Source: an uncultured Methanosarcinales archaeon (GTDB lineage Archaea > Nanobdellota > Nanobdellia > Woesearchaeales > CALCXY01). Taken from it: a stretch of 45,231 nucleotides of DNA. The position numbers and the translations under genes are program-made. Positions 45,174 to 45,231 of the stretch are shown in pieces. Each line of letters begins with the position of its first letter. The stretch's first letter is position 1. The notes beneath the pieces were generated by a model. The model was not told where the DNA came from and searched no databases. It saw only the letters and a program-made list of their open reading frames with translations. The stretch is taken from NCBI GenBank assembly GCA_964385185.1, contig CAYLOA010000006.1, forward strand, positions 1 to 45,231, read 5' to 3'.

Positions 45174-45231
45174 CGTGATGCGTCCGCTTGACGTTCTACT
45201 TCTAACTTTTTAGAAATTACTTGAGAATCGT

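Overview
AT-rich (roughly one-third GC by eye) archaeal chromosomal segment. Gene content (aCPSF1-psmB, prefoldin alpha-ftsY, ScpA, archaeal/eukaryotic-type ProRS, Sfm1-like SPOUT, BHB tRNA introns, tRNA-Ile(UAU), TATA-led leaderless genes) points to a DPANN/Woesearchaeota-like organism; this is an inference, not a phylogenetic placement. The window starts inside a tyrosine integrase lying just downstream of tRNA-Glu, probably the edge of an integrated element. It contains seven tRNA genes, three with introns (one in the D-loop), a scattered pyrimidine cluster (pyrC, fused pyrD-pyrK, pyrF, pyrE), and a ~12.5 kb co-oriented vapBC-vWA-vWA-MoxR-DUF58-RDD-SppA-subtilase block. The least explained signals are non-coding or micro-coding. 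(1) A dispersed family of covarying hairpins and three-way junctions capped by C-Y-C-ACA-G-R-G (5 copies, twice as inverted pairs). (2) tRNA-Ser(UGA) bracketed by 5' and 3' fragments of a second, compensatorily different tRNA-Ser carrying hairpin insertions. (3) A chain of three Shine-Dalgarno-led, stop/start-overlapping micro-ORFs with an anti-start-codon hairpin in front of moxR. No CRISPR array or rRNA was seen. All calls are from motif reading only, with no database searches.
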